From assembly GCF_018977255.1 (NCBI RefSeq), contig NW_024704742.1, positions 26,104,001-26,168,000 of the forward strand: DNA of 64,000 nt, in the 5' to 3' direction. This stretch comes from Callorhinchus milii. Taxonomy: Eukaryota. The position numbers and the translations under genes are program-made. Of this stretch, positions 36,547 through 48,864 are shown piece after piece; the stretch's first letter is position 1, and each line of letters starts with the position of its first letter. The notes beneath the pieces were generated by a model. It saw only the letters and a program-made list of their open reading frames with translations, was not told the origin of the DNA and made no database searches.

Positions 36547-36688
36547 GCAATTGTAACAGATTCCGTGGAAAAAGTGCAGCCGCACTTTTCTATTGGCCCA
36601 GATTATAGCTCACAGAAGTGATGGGGGGGAGCCTGTTCCACTGATCTATATGATTTACTTTAGTTTATTTTTGGATTTTGTTTTCAAG

Positions 36689-36889
36689 CTGGCGGGATTG
36701 TCTGAAGACCAGGATAAGCTGTGCCAAGAGACTGAGACACTCATTCATAATCAGCTCAATGAGGATACCCAGGCAGCCATGGATCATTTAAGGCATTTCA
36801 TGGAGCAGGTGACCGGTATTGCTCTGATCGAACATGCCAGTCTCCATTCAGCCAAACAGCATCATGGACCAAATAGCGAGAAATTGAAG
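36689..36889 (+). CDS. EVC: EVC exon 15 (LAGLSEDQDKL...NSEKLK)
   Basis: 201 nt, AAG acceptor after a T-tract, gtagcg donor, phase 0-0. Confidence 0.88.
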
Positions 36890-37203
36890 GTAGCGTTGGG
36901 TATTGGTCCATGCCCGCTGGAGCGTATTGCCTTGCGGTTGATTACCACTAACATTTCACCAAATCTTGCCATGCTGGGACTCATGTGGTAACATACAATA
37001 GCCAGGTCCTAGTGATCCAAGTGTGAAGGTTCCATGCTGTAGCTAAAATATGTGTTTAAAACTCTTTTGTACAGACCAGAGTATTTTTAACAGACTGTAC
37101 TCATCCTTAGAGATGCAGTCCTCTTTAAATGGGAGTCAATGAAGTAGCTGAAGAGATCGTGTCCTCGGAGCATGAATGTATTCGTAGGCCATGGTGGGGC
37201 TGT

Positions 37204-37643
37204 GTCACCCTGGCTCAGCGGTACCATTCTCGGCTCTGAGTCAGAAGGTTGGGGGTTTAAGCCCGACATCGGGACTTGGAATCACCTGGTCTAAGCTAAC
37301 CTCCAATGCAGTGATGGGGGTGTTTTGCATTGTTGGAGGTTCTCATCCTTTGGATGAGACATTAAACCGAAATCCCATCTGCTTATTAGGTTAGACATTA
37401 AAGATCCCACAGGACTATCAAAAAGAGAAGTGAGTTTCTCCCGATGTCCTGGCCAACAATCCCCAAAATAAAATTGTTCACTCACTCCATGGCTGTTTGT
37501 GGGACATTGCTGCATGAAACTGGCTACCACATGAGCCCACAAAATAAATACACAGTTAATCCACTTTACAATATACCCTGTGAAGCGTTTTGAGACATCT
37601 CAATGACTTGATCAGACACTATACCAAATGCAAGGATTATTAT
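37204..37643 (+). mobile_element. Deu-domain-like tRNA SINE
   Basis: Same head and Deu-like core; tail shared with the young SINE. Confidence 0.8.
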
Positions 37644-37710
37644 GAGGGAATCTGGGTTTGTTGACAGACAAGCAAATAATTGAAACTGCTGTTAACCTTT
37701 GCATATTCAG

Positions 37711-37855
37711 AACGAAATGATTGAAAGAGCAGCTGAGAGCGTTTATGTGACTATGGGAGGAGCTGCCAGCCTGGTCCAGAATTATTATCAGGAGATCGAA
37801 GAGATCATGAAAGCCTACCGACAAGACAAAAAGAAGCATCTGATATCCATGCAAG
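37711..37855 (+). CDS. EVC: EVC exon 16 (NEMIERAAESVYVTMGGAASLVQNYYQEI...SMQ)
   Basis: 145 nt; conserved ESVYVT and LVQxYYQ. Confidence 0.95.
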
Positions 37856-38022
37856 GTCTGTTGAACATAATAGCTTTCCTCCTTAGGCTGATACACCGGA
37901 ATTGTGATCCTTGTAATGGCTTGACAAATCACTGTTCCACTGATCTGTATTTGTTACATTTGCACTGCTGAACTGTAGTGACACATACAACCTTTCTTTT
38001 GAACACCTTTGTGTTTGAACAG

Positions 38023-38128
38023 AGACTTTAAAAAATAAACAACTGATTGAGGAGGAGACATTGGTGGAGAATCTGAGCAAAGACATGAACGTGAAGATGC
38101 TGACACAAGTGACCGGGATTCAGCAAGA
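38023..38128 (+). CDS. EVC: EVC exon 17 (ETLKNKQLIEEE...GIQQ)
   Basis: 106 nt, phase 1-2, gtaagt donor. Confidence 0.87.
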
Positions 38129-38689
38129 GTAAGTAAGAACTGATTGATGAATGGCTTGAGAGTGTATTTTAGCATGAGCATATGGATATAGCCTCTCTTA
38201 TACATGGCTATAGCCTTTTGGATATGGCTGTAGCTTATATATGCCTATAGCTTCTTCTATAATTGGAAACGCCATCCATCACTGGCACACACATCACAGA
38301 TACATTAACTAGTGTTAGTAGATTCAGCATTTTAAAAAAATCACCTAGCTCATTTCATTAAGCATCACAGGAAACAAAAGAGGATGGCTAATGCCTCTTT
38401 TTTTATAACTGGGTACAGCCTCTCGTATATAGTCTATAGTCTCTTTTATAATTGGAAATACCATCCATCACCTACCCACACATCAGACATAATTACAACA
38501 ACAAAATTACACCTTTCACGTTGGGAGGATGTCCCAAGGTGCTAGAATGCCTAGTATTACTAGTATCATCAATAAAAACTGGGATGCTAATGTTGGTATT
38601 ATTGACTACGGGTAATTGCAAAGGTGAGAAATGAAGATGTTTAATTTCCGAATGGAAGCCTGAGTTATTATCTTCCTCACTTCTGACAG

Positions 38690-38816
38690 AATGGTGCTTC
38701 ATCAGTGGAGAACGGGAGCTCAGCTTGTACTGGAGCAGGACATGAGACTGGAGTTCCTAAAGCAGAGAAAACCACTCTTTCACTGCCTTAAGAGACGGGT
38801 TGATAAACGACTGCAG
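38690..38816 (+). CDS. EVC: EVC exon 18 (MVLHQWRTGAQLVLEQDMRLE...DKRLQ)
   Basis: 127 nt, phase 2-0, AG/GT. Confidence 0.9.
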
Positions 38817-39189
38817 GTACAGCACTGGTCTCATGAGGCGTTGGGGTGGGGGGGAGAATGCTTTCTCTGCTTATTGTGAGTTTACTGACCTTGGCGGAAA
38901 AGGAATGTAATACCGTGGGGTGATGGTTAACATTGTAAGGAACTGCAGAATTTCAGTCGATAATTACCGAGAGATTAATTTGATTCAGTCGCTACTAATC
39001 TATCAATTCAAACAGGTAATTGTGTTTGTCTTTCTAGGTGCTATTTCGTCTATTAATGTAATTATTAAAACATAGCTGCTTCATTCATTGTTAGACCTCA
39101 ATAGGCTGAAATTAATTTGTTAAATCTTTAAAATCAGGAGCTGCGTTTTTCATATTTGTGTAAATTATATATAGCTTTTTCCTCTTCAG

Positions 39190-39280
39190 GTAGCAGAGCA
39201 AAATTTCATATCACAGCTTGCTGCTACAGCCAGATTTCCCCAAAGAGATTGGAAAGCACCAGAAAACAAGTTCATTTCAG
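39190..39280 (+). CDS. EVC: EVC exon 19 (VAEQNFISQLAATARFPQRDWKAPENKFIS)
   Basis: Conserved AEQNFISxLAA; AG/GT. Confidence 0.94.
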
Positions 39281-39345
39281 GTACGTCTCTAGGCAAAAAA
39301 AAATGTGATTTAGACTTTCAAAAGTGTGAATTGAGAGTGGATTGT

Positions 39346-39700
39346 AATAATAATAATCTTTGCATTCAATATCGTGCCTTTCGCATCGGAGGATATCTTG
39401 AAAAGCTTCACAGGATATACTGTTATACTATAAGGATACTGACTGTATTTTGTAGGCAAACACAGTAGACAATTTGCGCACATCAATGTCCTACAAATAG
39501 CCATGATATGAATGACCAATTTTATTTGGGGGACACTGGGAGAAACTCCCTTCTCTTTTTGAATAGTGCTATGGAATATTTAACATCCAACAGTACGGGC
39601 AGACAATGTTTACCTGATGGCCCTTTCAACAATGTAATGCACCCCCAGCGCTGCACTGGAGTGTTAACCTGGACTATATGAGTTCTAAGTTCCACGGTGG
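39346..39700 (-). mobile_element. Deu-domain-like SINE, decayed
   Basis: Tail plus GGACACTGGGAGAAACTCCCTTCTCTTTTTGAATAGTGCTATGG core on the minus strand. Confidence 0.7.
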
Positions 39701-39953
39701 GTCTTGGCTGTAGTCACAATTATTAATTGTGATTACAGCCAACCCACCATGATTTATATAAAGTCACATTCCCATGGTCTTCTCTTTCTGCACAGGCCAG
39801 TCTGAATTTATAAAGATACTTAAGTGTTTGTTCAAGACAGAAACATTCTCTTGTTCACGATATTCATCAACTGATTAATCATGTAACATCCCTTGTAAAA
39901 CACTTCTTGCTACAGTACCATTATTCTTAACTTATTTTGCCTTTTCCAAACAG

Positions 39954-39979
39954 GACCCAAGAGTGCATCTAAACAGTAG
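39954..39979 (+). CDS. EVC: EVC terminal coding exon (GPKSASKQ-stop)
   Basis: Strong acceptor cttttccaaacag, TAG at 39977-39979, AATAAA at 40071-40076. Confidence 0.72.
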
Positions 39980-41594
39980 CTCAGAAGCTTCCCACTTCCA
40001 CAGCAGATGGGCGGGCAGTGATGTGATGTAGAAATAGAAGCCAGGATGAATGTGCAAATTATACTCCTGGAATAAAGGAAAGAGGTTGCAGCCCTCTGGA
40101 ATTTGATATAAACAGAAGGCAACACTTGTAAATTATTGTACTTACAAAATTTAGAGCAGCAGCCTAGTTTTTACTATTCACTCAGTATTTTAATTTTAAT
40201 AATAATATAATCCTTGCATTTGATTTGCAATAGCGCCTTGTCACGTCATTGAGACATCTCAAAGTACTTCACAGAATATATTGTAAAGTGGATTGACTGT
40301 GTATTTTGTAGGTAAATTCTATTATGATATAGTGAGTTTAAAATTTCCAGACTGATTTCACACACATGCTGGCAAACACTCCCCTAAGTTTAAATTGGGA
40401 ATTTCTCATTGCAAAGCGTGCTTAATTGACCAAAGAAAAATGAAAAACAAAACACCAACAATAACAACAATTTTTATTGATATGTGGCCTTCATGTGGGG
40501 TAGCAACTCGGAGTGCTGGCTTAAGGTTATTCATCGTCTTAAAATTTGAATTTCGTAAAGAATTGTGAATTCAGTTGGAATTCAGAAGCCAATTTTCCAC
40601 AGTTCTTCTTGGGCATTGATGAAAATTGGCTTCCAAATTGATATTGAATTTAAGACCTGGTTCCAAAATTCCACACAATTTTAAATTTCAAGACAAATTG
40701 AATAGTCTTAAGCCTAAGAATATGAGAATTTCCAGCCTCCAGTGGTGCTGTGGATCCAGGGTGATGCAACACTGGAGGCTAGAAATTCCCTGGAGACTGA
40801 TAATGGTACTGAAAATACCATGCATTGTAATGATAGATTGCCAATGTNAAAAAAAATTCTAAAGACAATAAATTGTTTGAAATTACCTAATGTTTCAAGA
40901 TTGATTTGTGAATGCCTGTGATTTTTCTTCCATTATTTTAGACTATCCTTTTGTTACTCTCTTCTGCCATGTTTTCTTGTTAATAAAACAGTTCATGAAT
41001 ATACTGAAGACATATCTGAGTGTGCAACAGACCTATGCTGATTGGGATTGCACGTTTACTCCTGGTCTGTGCATATCTCAGCTTGGAGGGTAGGCGAGTA
41101 GTGAGCTACAGTAGCACAGCAAGTCACCTCAGCATCCCTCAGTTAGAGAGGAGACAATTCAGCAAGGATTTCTGTGCACAGTAACTAACCAGTCATCCGA
41201 GATGGAAAGCAATATGTGTGGATGCCAAGTAAGTTGCTGTGGAGATAATAGCAGCCCAAGTCCTGCTGCTGCAGAGGACAGTGTATTGTCTCAAAGAGCT
41301 GTGTTTGCCATGGTATATCTATAAACAGCTCCAGCTGTCTGACAGGAAATTTATGAGCTGTGATTCTGCAACTGTCTACCCCAAAATAATTTGCCTTGGA
41401 ATAAAATAGATTACCTGTGCAGAGTAACCACTGGGTGCTTGGAAAGACTCCAGAGTAGGTTCTTTTTGCTACACTAGGGTTTGGTTGTCAAAGAGGTGCA
41501 CCTCCCCAACCAATCTCCCACATACTTTGTGATAACTCACCAGCCTCCGCCAGGCCTGCCATGCGAGCATCAGGCCTTTAGGAGAGTGCACCGA

Positions 41595-41785
41595 GCCCCA
41601 CTCCTCCGCCACAGCAACTCATCTCCCCGCCACAGCGCCCCACCACCCCCGCCACAGATTCCCACCCCCTGCCACAGCAGCCCACCCCCCGCCACAGCAA
41701 CTCATCCCCCCGCCACAGCAACTCACCCGCCCTTGCCACAGCGCCCCACCCCCACAGCACCCCCCACCACCCCCCCACACAGTGC
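41595..41785 (+). repeat. C-rich minisatellite, ~21-bp unit with core CCGCCACAGC
   Basis: About 8 degenerate copies visible. Confidence 0.85.
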
Positions 41786-41989
41786 CTCAGCACCAATAAA
41801 AAGCGGGCATGCTCACCGTCCATTTTGATGATTGACCTAATTAAAAGCTGCTCCAAAGCCTGGCGTGCAGTTTGTGCGTAGAATTCCACCGCTGTATCTG
41901 GGTGTGTCTGGAACAGTTCTGGTTTAAGTGTTCGTTGTAGCAGGGCAGATTTCCATCGGGGGGAAAAAACAGGTCGTGCTTTTGGGATG

Positions 41990-42044
41990 GTTAAAACTGG
42001 AGGTTTGTTATACGCAGGGTTCGTTATACAGAAGTTCGACTGTA
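41990..42044. mobile_element. Tc1/pogo (Tigger-like) terminal inverted repeat end
   Basis: ...TTCGTTATACAGAAGTTCGACTG followed by TA; partner TIR not found. Confidence 0.5.
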
Positions 42045-43225
42045 TTTCTTTTGCGAGATATATTGCAAGATGCACAGGAGCTGTCTTCCGGCATTGAAAC
42101 TCTTCTCTTTTCAAATAGTGTCACGAGTCTTCAACATCCACTATAATAGGTCTGCATGACATCGGTTTACCTCAAACAATGTTCCACTCCCCCAGCAGTA
42201 GACTGAAGAGTCAGTCTGGACTCTTTGATTATTACATTAATAAATATTAATCACCTGATTCAAAATCTACTTATTATGTATCTCTTCCCATATTTTTTCT
42301 ACATCTTCTGTCCATTTAATCTATAAAGAGAAATTGTAAATTTTCAACCTTAGAAAAATGTAGCAGATCACAAGACAATTGACCTGTATTTTTGTTCTGA
42401 TTAATGTGATTGTTAAGAAGTGAATCTTTCGGCAGTCGAGACCAATAGCCCAGGAATTTTAACACATTTTTGAGCACGATGTCTATGAAACAAAAAGCTT
42501 TTTGCTGAAGTGCATTTTAGACCAGCAATCGCTATCCCGAACAGGAATCTCATTGAATGGTACAGAGGTGATCTTTCTTACTCCATTAAATATCAGAGTG
42601 TATGTCCTGCTACTGTATTTAAATGCTAATGGTATAATTGTATTATTATAGTTTTATTTTATAACAGGGTATATGAAGGCTGGAGGCTTCAAGGGTGTGG
42701 TCATAGGGTAGTGGGATTCAAAATCCATCCTGCTCTGAGAAATTGTGCTGACTTAATAGGCTCCTTCTGCACAGTAAATTTCTATGATTCTATGCAATCA
42801 TTTTAAACCAAATCCAATACAGAAACTCTTGAGCAATATCACTGTCTTAAAAATTCCACTTTAATGATTTTACTTTGGATCATTCATGAAATTACACTCC
42901 CAATTGCAGTGATAAGGGCGTGTTTCATTGCCACAGCTAACAACCAATGCCTCGTCTAACTGTTCAGGTGGATTTTAAACAACCCATGCATAGTACTACT
43001 CAAAAAAGAAGGGAGTATCTCCCAGTGTTGTGGCCAACAAGCCCCTTAATAAAATTGGTCAAATGCAAGGATTAACATTATTAATAGTGAATAAAGTGCT
43101 GCAAGACTGAAATAGTGTACTGAAAACAGGTGTATTCAGCTTCTACAAATGCCTCTGGCCATTTCCAAAATAAAGTATTGCTGTAAAATATATAGCAAAA
43201 CACAGAGTGTAGTTTTTAGGTGTAA

Positions 43226-43235
43226 TTTATTTATT
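43226..43235 (-). terminator. Candidate CRMP1 polyadenylation signal (AATAAATAAA)
   Basis: Overlapping AATAAA hexamers ~1.07 kb after the stop, at the end of an apparently repeat-free AU-rich UTR; further AATAAA hexamers near 43911-43924. Confidence 0.5.
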
Positions 43236-44301
43236 TCACAACCTTAGGGCTCAAGTGAATAATTCACTACAGTACTCAATCTGAAATAGTAAGTACAAAT
43301 GCATGTGAATACAAAGAAAGAATCAGTATCAAAAAGTTAAAAAAAAATGGCTGTGGTGTTAGACTGCATGAAGACCACTCTCCTGCCAACCAGTCACTTG
43401 TGCTTAATACTGCTTACATTTCTCGTGCTAAGATACATCACTTGTAAAATAGCTCGATTTCCTTTTGCTAAAATTGTTTCTTTAAGCTTTCCAATGTGAA
43501 AGATTTTTCAACCTTACAGCAAGCTGAAATCACAACGTAAACTCGGAAATGATTCAGCAAGATGTTTTTTTGTGAAATCACGATGTAAACTCTGAAATGA
43601 CTCCACAAAATGCTTCAGCATTTGTCTTTTAGTGTCTGAAGTTGCAAGTGAGTAATTCTTAGCTGCACAACTAACCTTTTCTCAAGCATTTGCTTGAATG
43701 CAAGGTACACGCTATGGTTCAGTTCTCCAAATGTCAACCACGATAGCCCTGTGTTGCACAGTTCTATAAACTTTTCAACCTTCCTATTCCCCGTTATATT
43801 CTTGATGATCGAAACAATAAAACATTAAAAGATGCGGCACTATAAAGCTGCACCGGTTTAGGAAACGCAGTGTGGCAAAAGCACTTTAGCTCTTGGCAAT
43901 GTGTCCTAATTTTATTTATTTATTTTCCTCAATACACAAAACAACTTGCATCTTTTAGTATCATGCACTAACTCCCTAAAATAGCTAAAATGTGCAAAAG
44001 ACCCTTATTAAGTTACAAGGAACATGACTATACCAGTGCAGTGAAGGGTAATGGTAAGGTAAAGGAAGCACTATGCTTTAAGTGATGATGGCATGAAGAA
44101 CACCTCTGTGGCGGTCAATTCCAAGCAAAACACATCACATAATTAACCTCATTCTATAGAACAAACATACACGCGCACAAGTTTTGTTTCATTTTATTTT
44201 TCTGAAGTATCAGAGAACACCGGTTTTCGTAACACTTATAGCTTAAGGGGAAGTGAACCTGCTTTGTAGCAGCCACCAGCAGCGAAACCCTGCAGTCATT
44301 G

Positions 44302-44393
44302 TCACCCTAGGCTGGTGATGTTGGAGCGTCCTCCGGGGGGATTGACAATACGATGTCCGGATCGTCGCGGGATGTTGTCATCCGCCTGGGCAC
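44302..44393 (-). CDS. CRMP1: CRMP1 last coding exon ([34 protein letters not shown])
   Basis: 92 nt to TGA; CRMP1-type C-terminus. Confidence 0.96.
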
Positions 44394-46515
44394 CTAACAG
44401 GTACAACACAGCCAACCGGTTACAAATGTTACATTTTCTAGTAAGCATGTTTGGAGGAAGTCCAAAATATAACAATAGATACAGTAAAAGATATAAGAGA
44501 TCCAAAGATTGGTGGATTACATGTAATCCATTAAGTTATAATAATAATAATAATAATCCTTGCATTTGATATAGCGCTTTTCACGTCTTCTCGACATCTC
44601 AAAGCGCTTCACAGAGTAGACCGTAAAGTGAATTTGACTGTATATTTGTGAGCGAACCACTTATTGCCATTCATATGAACATAGCAAACTACAGCTTTCT
44701 TCAGCAATGCCTAAACCATTTCTCCACTCGTGCTATTTGGCAATTACTGCAAAGCTGTTGTGTGTTGCTAACAACAGACGGAAACAAGGCACTGTATTTT
44801 CAAAAGGGCTGCAGATGTGGCACCCATTTCCCTACAGAATTCCTGTGACCTACAGGTAATAATTGGATAAGGGAAATTCAAATTGTTTTCCATTAATGTC
44901 ATTAAACAGGCATAATATTTGCTCTTAAATGTCTGAATTATGTGCCACTTTTAGAATGGCCGTAGTGATTAGATTTGTCCAAAAATATAATTAATTCACT
45001 TTACAGCATAGTTTGCGAAATGTTTTGAGACTTATTGAAGACGTGATAAAGCGCTACATAAAATGGAAGGATTATTATTATTAAGTAGGCACTAACATTC
45101 TGTGCAATTACCCTTTCATTAAAGTATTAATGTTCTGACTGTCCAAACCACTTTTAGTCAAGCAAATATATGTGAACATCACAGCAAGTAACACAAAAAG
45201 ATATAGTACACACTACTACACAGTTTGATTATGACTTGTGGGGATCTAAATTGGATGTAATTGTTAAAATAGCCCCAAATCCTGTTTGCCCTGTTTACTG
45301 TTGCCTCACACTATTTTAACATTGAGACAATGAGACAACTAACACCCCTAGATCATTTTCAGCTCCCCCCCCCCACACTCCCCCACCCCAGCAAGCTCTA
45401 TCGCATCCAAGGATGTTTTTCTTATTTCCACTTCTTCAATTCTTACTTATGCATAGCTTACATTAAAGGCTAAGATCATGATGGATTTCAGGACCTCAGG
45501 CTTCCACTAAGATCCTGGTTATCTTGAAATCACCATGTGAGTCTGGGTTTGAACTGACTGTATATGTTCCATTATTACAACCCCAGTGCACTGCAGCACC
45601 TCCCGCTCATAATGCTGTTAGGTTTAAGATATAGAAATGTAGCAAGATTACTTATTAATCTTTTAAATATATATATAGAAATTTTTTCTCATCATGGTGA
45701 AGGATATGAATCATTCGACCAATGTTTCCTCTTTTCTGCTATTGGACTATTACCATTGTTATAGTACGTTTCGGGTTGGATTGACAATTGAGTACCAATT
45801 TTCACCATTTTGTTGGGAGTTTGTGCTGTGGACTCACCCACTTAGAGCTGGGTTAAGGCAACCACTACTCAAAACATTTCATTTTGACGCCAGTCCCCTT
45901 AACAAACACATTCATTTCTATTATTCACTTAGTGCAAAATTAGTAAGTACAGTATGAAATTTCATCATAAATAAAAACATTCAAATACATCACTTCTTTT
46001 TATCAATCAGCAAATGACAGACCCCACAAGTATACCCACTGAATATAGTAATGTGCTGTGGCTCAGAAAATAAGGCAACCATGGACTCCTCCACAACCAC
46101 CGTTCTTCATCTGTGACCAAAACCAATTGATAAGAGATGCCCAGTTGACAAAGTGGGCGATTACCACCACAATCACTAAAAGAGAAGGTCAATCAAGTAA
46201 CACATGACATGAGTCAGAACCAATGCCAGAACCAAAGCCATAATAATACTTGCATTTGATGTAGCGCCTTATCATGTCTTCGGACATCTCAAAGCGCTTC
46301 ACAGAATATGCTGTAAAGTGAATTGACTGTATATTTTGTGGGCGAAAGCCATGGGATCTGAAGATGAAAGCTCTCGTTTTAAAATAAGCTTCTTCGATAA
46401 CTTGCCTGTTTAGACCAGTACCAAAAACTGTGCAAAATATAAATCAAGCACAGTGTCCATAATGTAGATATTGTTTAGTTACATTTGGTTTTTATGCAGA
46501 TGTTAAATGTCTCAC

Positions 46516-46681
46516 CTGATAGACTAAAGCCAGACTGGTGTAGGTTCCGGATTGGTGGGGGCTGTGGTTTGGTTGGAGATGACTTAGTCGAAGGGGCTGG
46601 AGTGATATATTTGGGAGTGACTGGAGAGTCATATACTGGACCATCGTACATCCCTCTGGACACTGGGTACAGCTCCGTCAC
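46516..46681 (-). CDS. CRMP1: CRMP1 exon ([55 protein letters not shown])
   Basis: 166 nt; carries the CRMP Cdk5/GSK3 phospho-tail. Confidence 0.94.
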
Positions 46682-47421
46682 CTTACCAGAGGCAATGAGG
46701 AGGCACATGTAAATTGGGCGAAACCATCAGATAAATATAATAGGAGAAGCATTTAGGTTAATAATATTTTATAAACTCCATTCCTATTGATCACTGGATA
46801 ATACCGGATAAACACATTCACATGCTGCTCACTGTACAAAACCACTGCTAGGAAATGTTTAACTGTTGTCCTGAAATGATGTCACTGTCTGAACAGAATT
46901 TCAAGTCATGTGCAGTGCCAGCTTCTTACCATTATATTTTGAGGTTACAAGCGCTGGCACTGGAGCCGATATGTCGATAAGCAAAACAATATCCCACCTT
47001 TTACTGTCTCCTAAAATAATCTCCCGGCTTCAGCCATCGCAGTGATTCAATAGAGTTTTAAATTGAGGGGATGTTTTAATAATAATTTTCTATATAAATA
47101 TCGCCATGATAGTGTAAATAGCATTAGCACAAAGACAAGGTCATAAGATTAAAGGGTTTCAATGTGCACCAGTAACAGCAAAAATAAGTACTGATACAAT
47201 CTCCTGACATTGGACTATTGTTAATCCAATGACAAATAGATTGACTGCTATAGGGAAAAGTTACTTCATATGTATCAGCTTTCGATAGTATGGCATAAAC
47301 TTTGTTAAAACTACTCTTACTTTGCCCCTACTTCTCTCTCTCTCTGTTTCTCTCTCTCTCTCTCTCACACACACACATACACATATATAGTAAAACATAA
47401 AATGTTCAGTGCCATGCTCAC

Positions 47422-47601
47422 CTTGTTCCTGATCTTGATGCGCTGGTATATATATTCCGGGAACTGTTTACGAGGAATGAAACGGCCTGTTCCCTGGTTA
47501 ACATGGAGATTTCCATCTTCCAGCACAATATTTCCCTGACTGATGACCACCAATGGGGCACCACGACACTCCATTCCCTCAAAAATATTATATTCCACAG
47601 T
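47422..47601 (-). CDS. CRMP1: CRMP1 exon ([14 protein letters not shown]...YQRIKIRNK)
   Basis: 180 nt, AG/GT. Confidence 0.96.
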
Positions 47602-48693
47602 CTACAGAAATTAAACATTATAAAAAGATATAATCTACATCCTTTGGAAATGAAACAATATATTACCAACAATCAAATTATTTTTTAATAAAAGATCCAA
47701 CCCATAATAGTTTGTCATGTTCTTCTCTCTTGCAAAATTCAGAAAATAGAATATGCATTTTATGGATCATGACTTGACACAGGCAACAACCAGTTGCATT
47801 TATGTAATGGTAATCCTTATATTTGGTATAGAGCCTTTCACGTCAGAAGGACGTCTCAAAGCGCTTCGCAGGATTTACTGTAATGTGCAGTGACTTGTGT
47901 GTTTTATGGGCGAACGTGTTTTATATAACGCCCTTGCTGTAGGATAACAGCTCAGGAAATGCTGTGCAAAGGTGGATTTCTTGTGGAACAAGAAGGTCCC
48001 AATTCGATCTCTGGTTTATGCTGTTAGCTGATCCCAGATGTTGAGAGGTGCTACAATTCACCTCAGTGACCTTGGTTACTGAGAAGAGAAATAGGCAATC
48101 AGAGTTCCAACTCCAGATTACTATCGACTGATTCCAGGCAAGGAGGTGCTCATAGGTGAAAAAATGCTACCATGGGCCAGGTAACTGACACTCCTGGAAT
48201 AAAAGCCTGGTTAGGCGATTCCTTCTGGGCAAGAGGGAAGAATATTGGAGGAATTTAATCAATTTTAAAATATTTTGAAGTACAATCAAGCTCACACTAT
48301 TCATAAGGAAACTTGATCCTTACTTGAGGGAGAAGAGACTAGTGGGGTAAAAGGAAACTCATAGGAGGATAAACACTGGCATGAACTATTTGGGCCAAAT
48401 AGCCTGTTTCTGTGCTGTATCCAGGCTCCTTGTGTCATAACGTGCTTCAGGGGGTTTTCTCTAATGTATAGGGATTGTATTTATAGGTGAACACAGCAGC
48501 TAATTTCAAGCCTCATTAATGTGCCAAGTTTGCTGAACTTCAAAGTTAGAATTTCTACATCATACAACAGCTGGACTGTTTTGCCTATAATTATTAAACT
48601 TGTTTAAAACAAAACAAATTTAAAACGAGATATTTGGCAAATTTCTACAAATACACATAAAAATAAATCCAAGAATAAAGAGATGCTCCTTAC

Positions 48694-48864
48694 TGAACGG
48701 TGTGTTTTGGCAGAGATTGTTTTAACAGTATCGGGATCCCAGATGACGAGGTCAGCATCAGAACCCACAGCTATCCTTCCTTTCCTTGGGTACAGGTTAA
48801 AGATTTTGGCAGCATTGGTGCTTGTGACAGCAACAAATTGATTCTCATCCATTTTACCTGTAGC
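48694..48864 (-). CDS. CRMP1: CRMP1 exon ([57 protein letters not shown])
   Basis: 171 nt, AG/GT. Confidence 0.96.

Larger units (their letters stand above)
20034..39979 (+). other. EVC: EVC (Ellis-van Creveld protein) gene, complete CDS in 20 exons, 2772 nt, 923 aa
   Basis: All exons splice in frame. N-terminal TM segment and motifs [41 protein letters not shown] and AEQNFISQLAA match recalled human EVC. Confidence 0.96.

Noticed and set aside
40848..40848. Ambiguous base n
   Set aside because: Assembly ambiguity next to an A-run; no biological meaning
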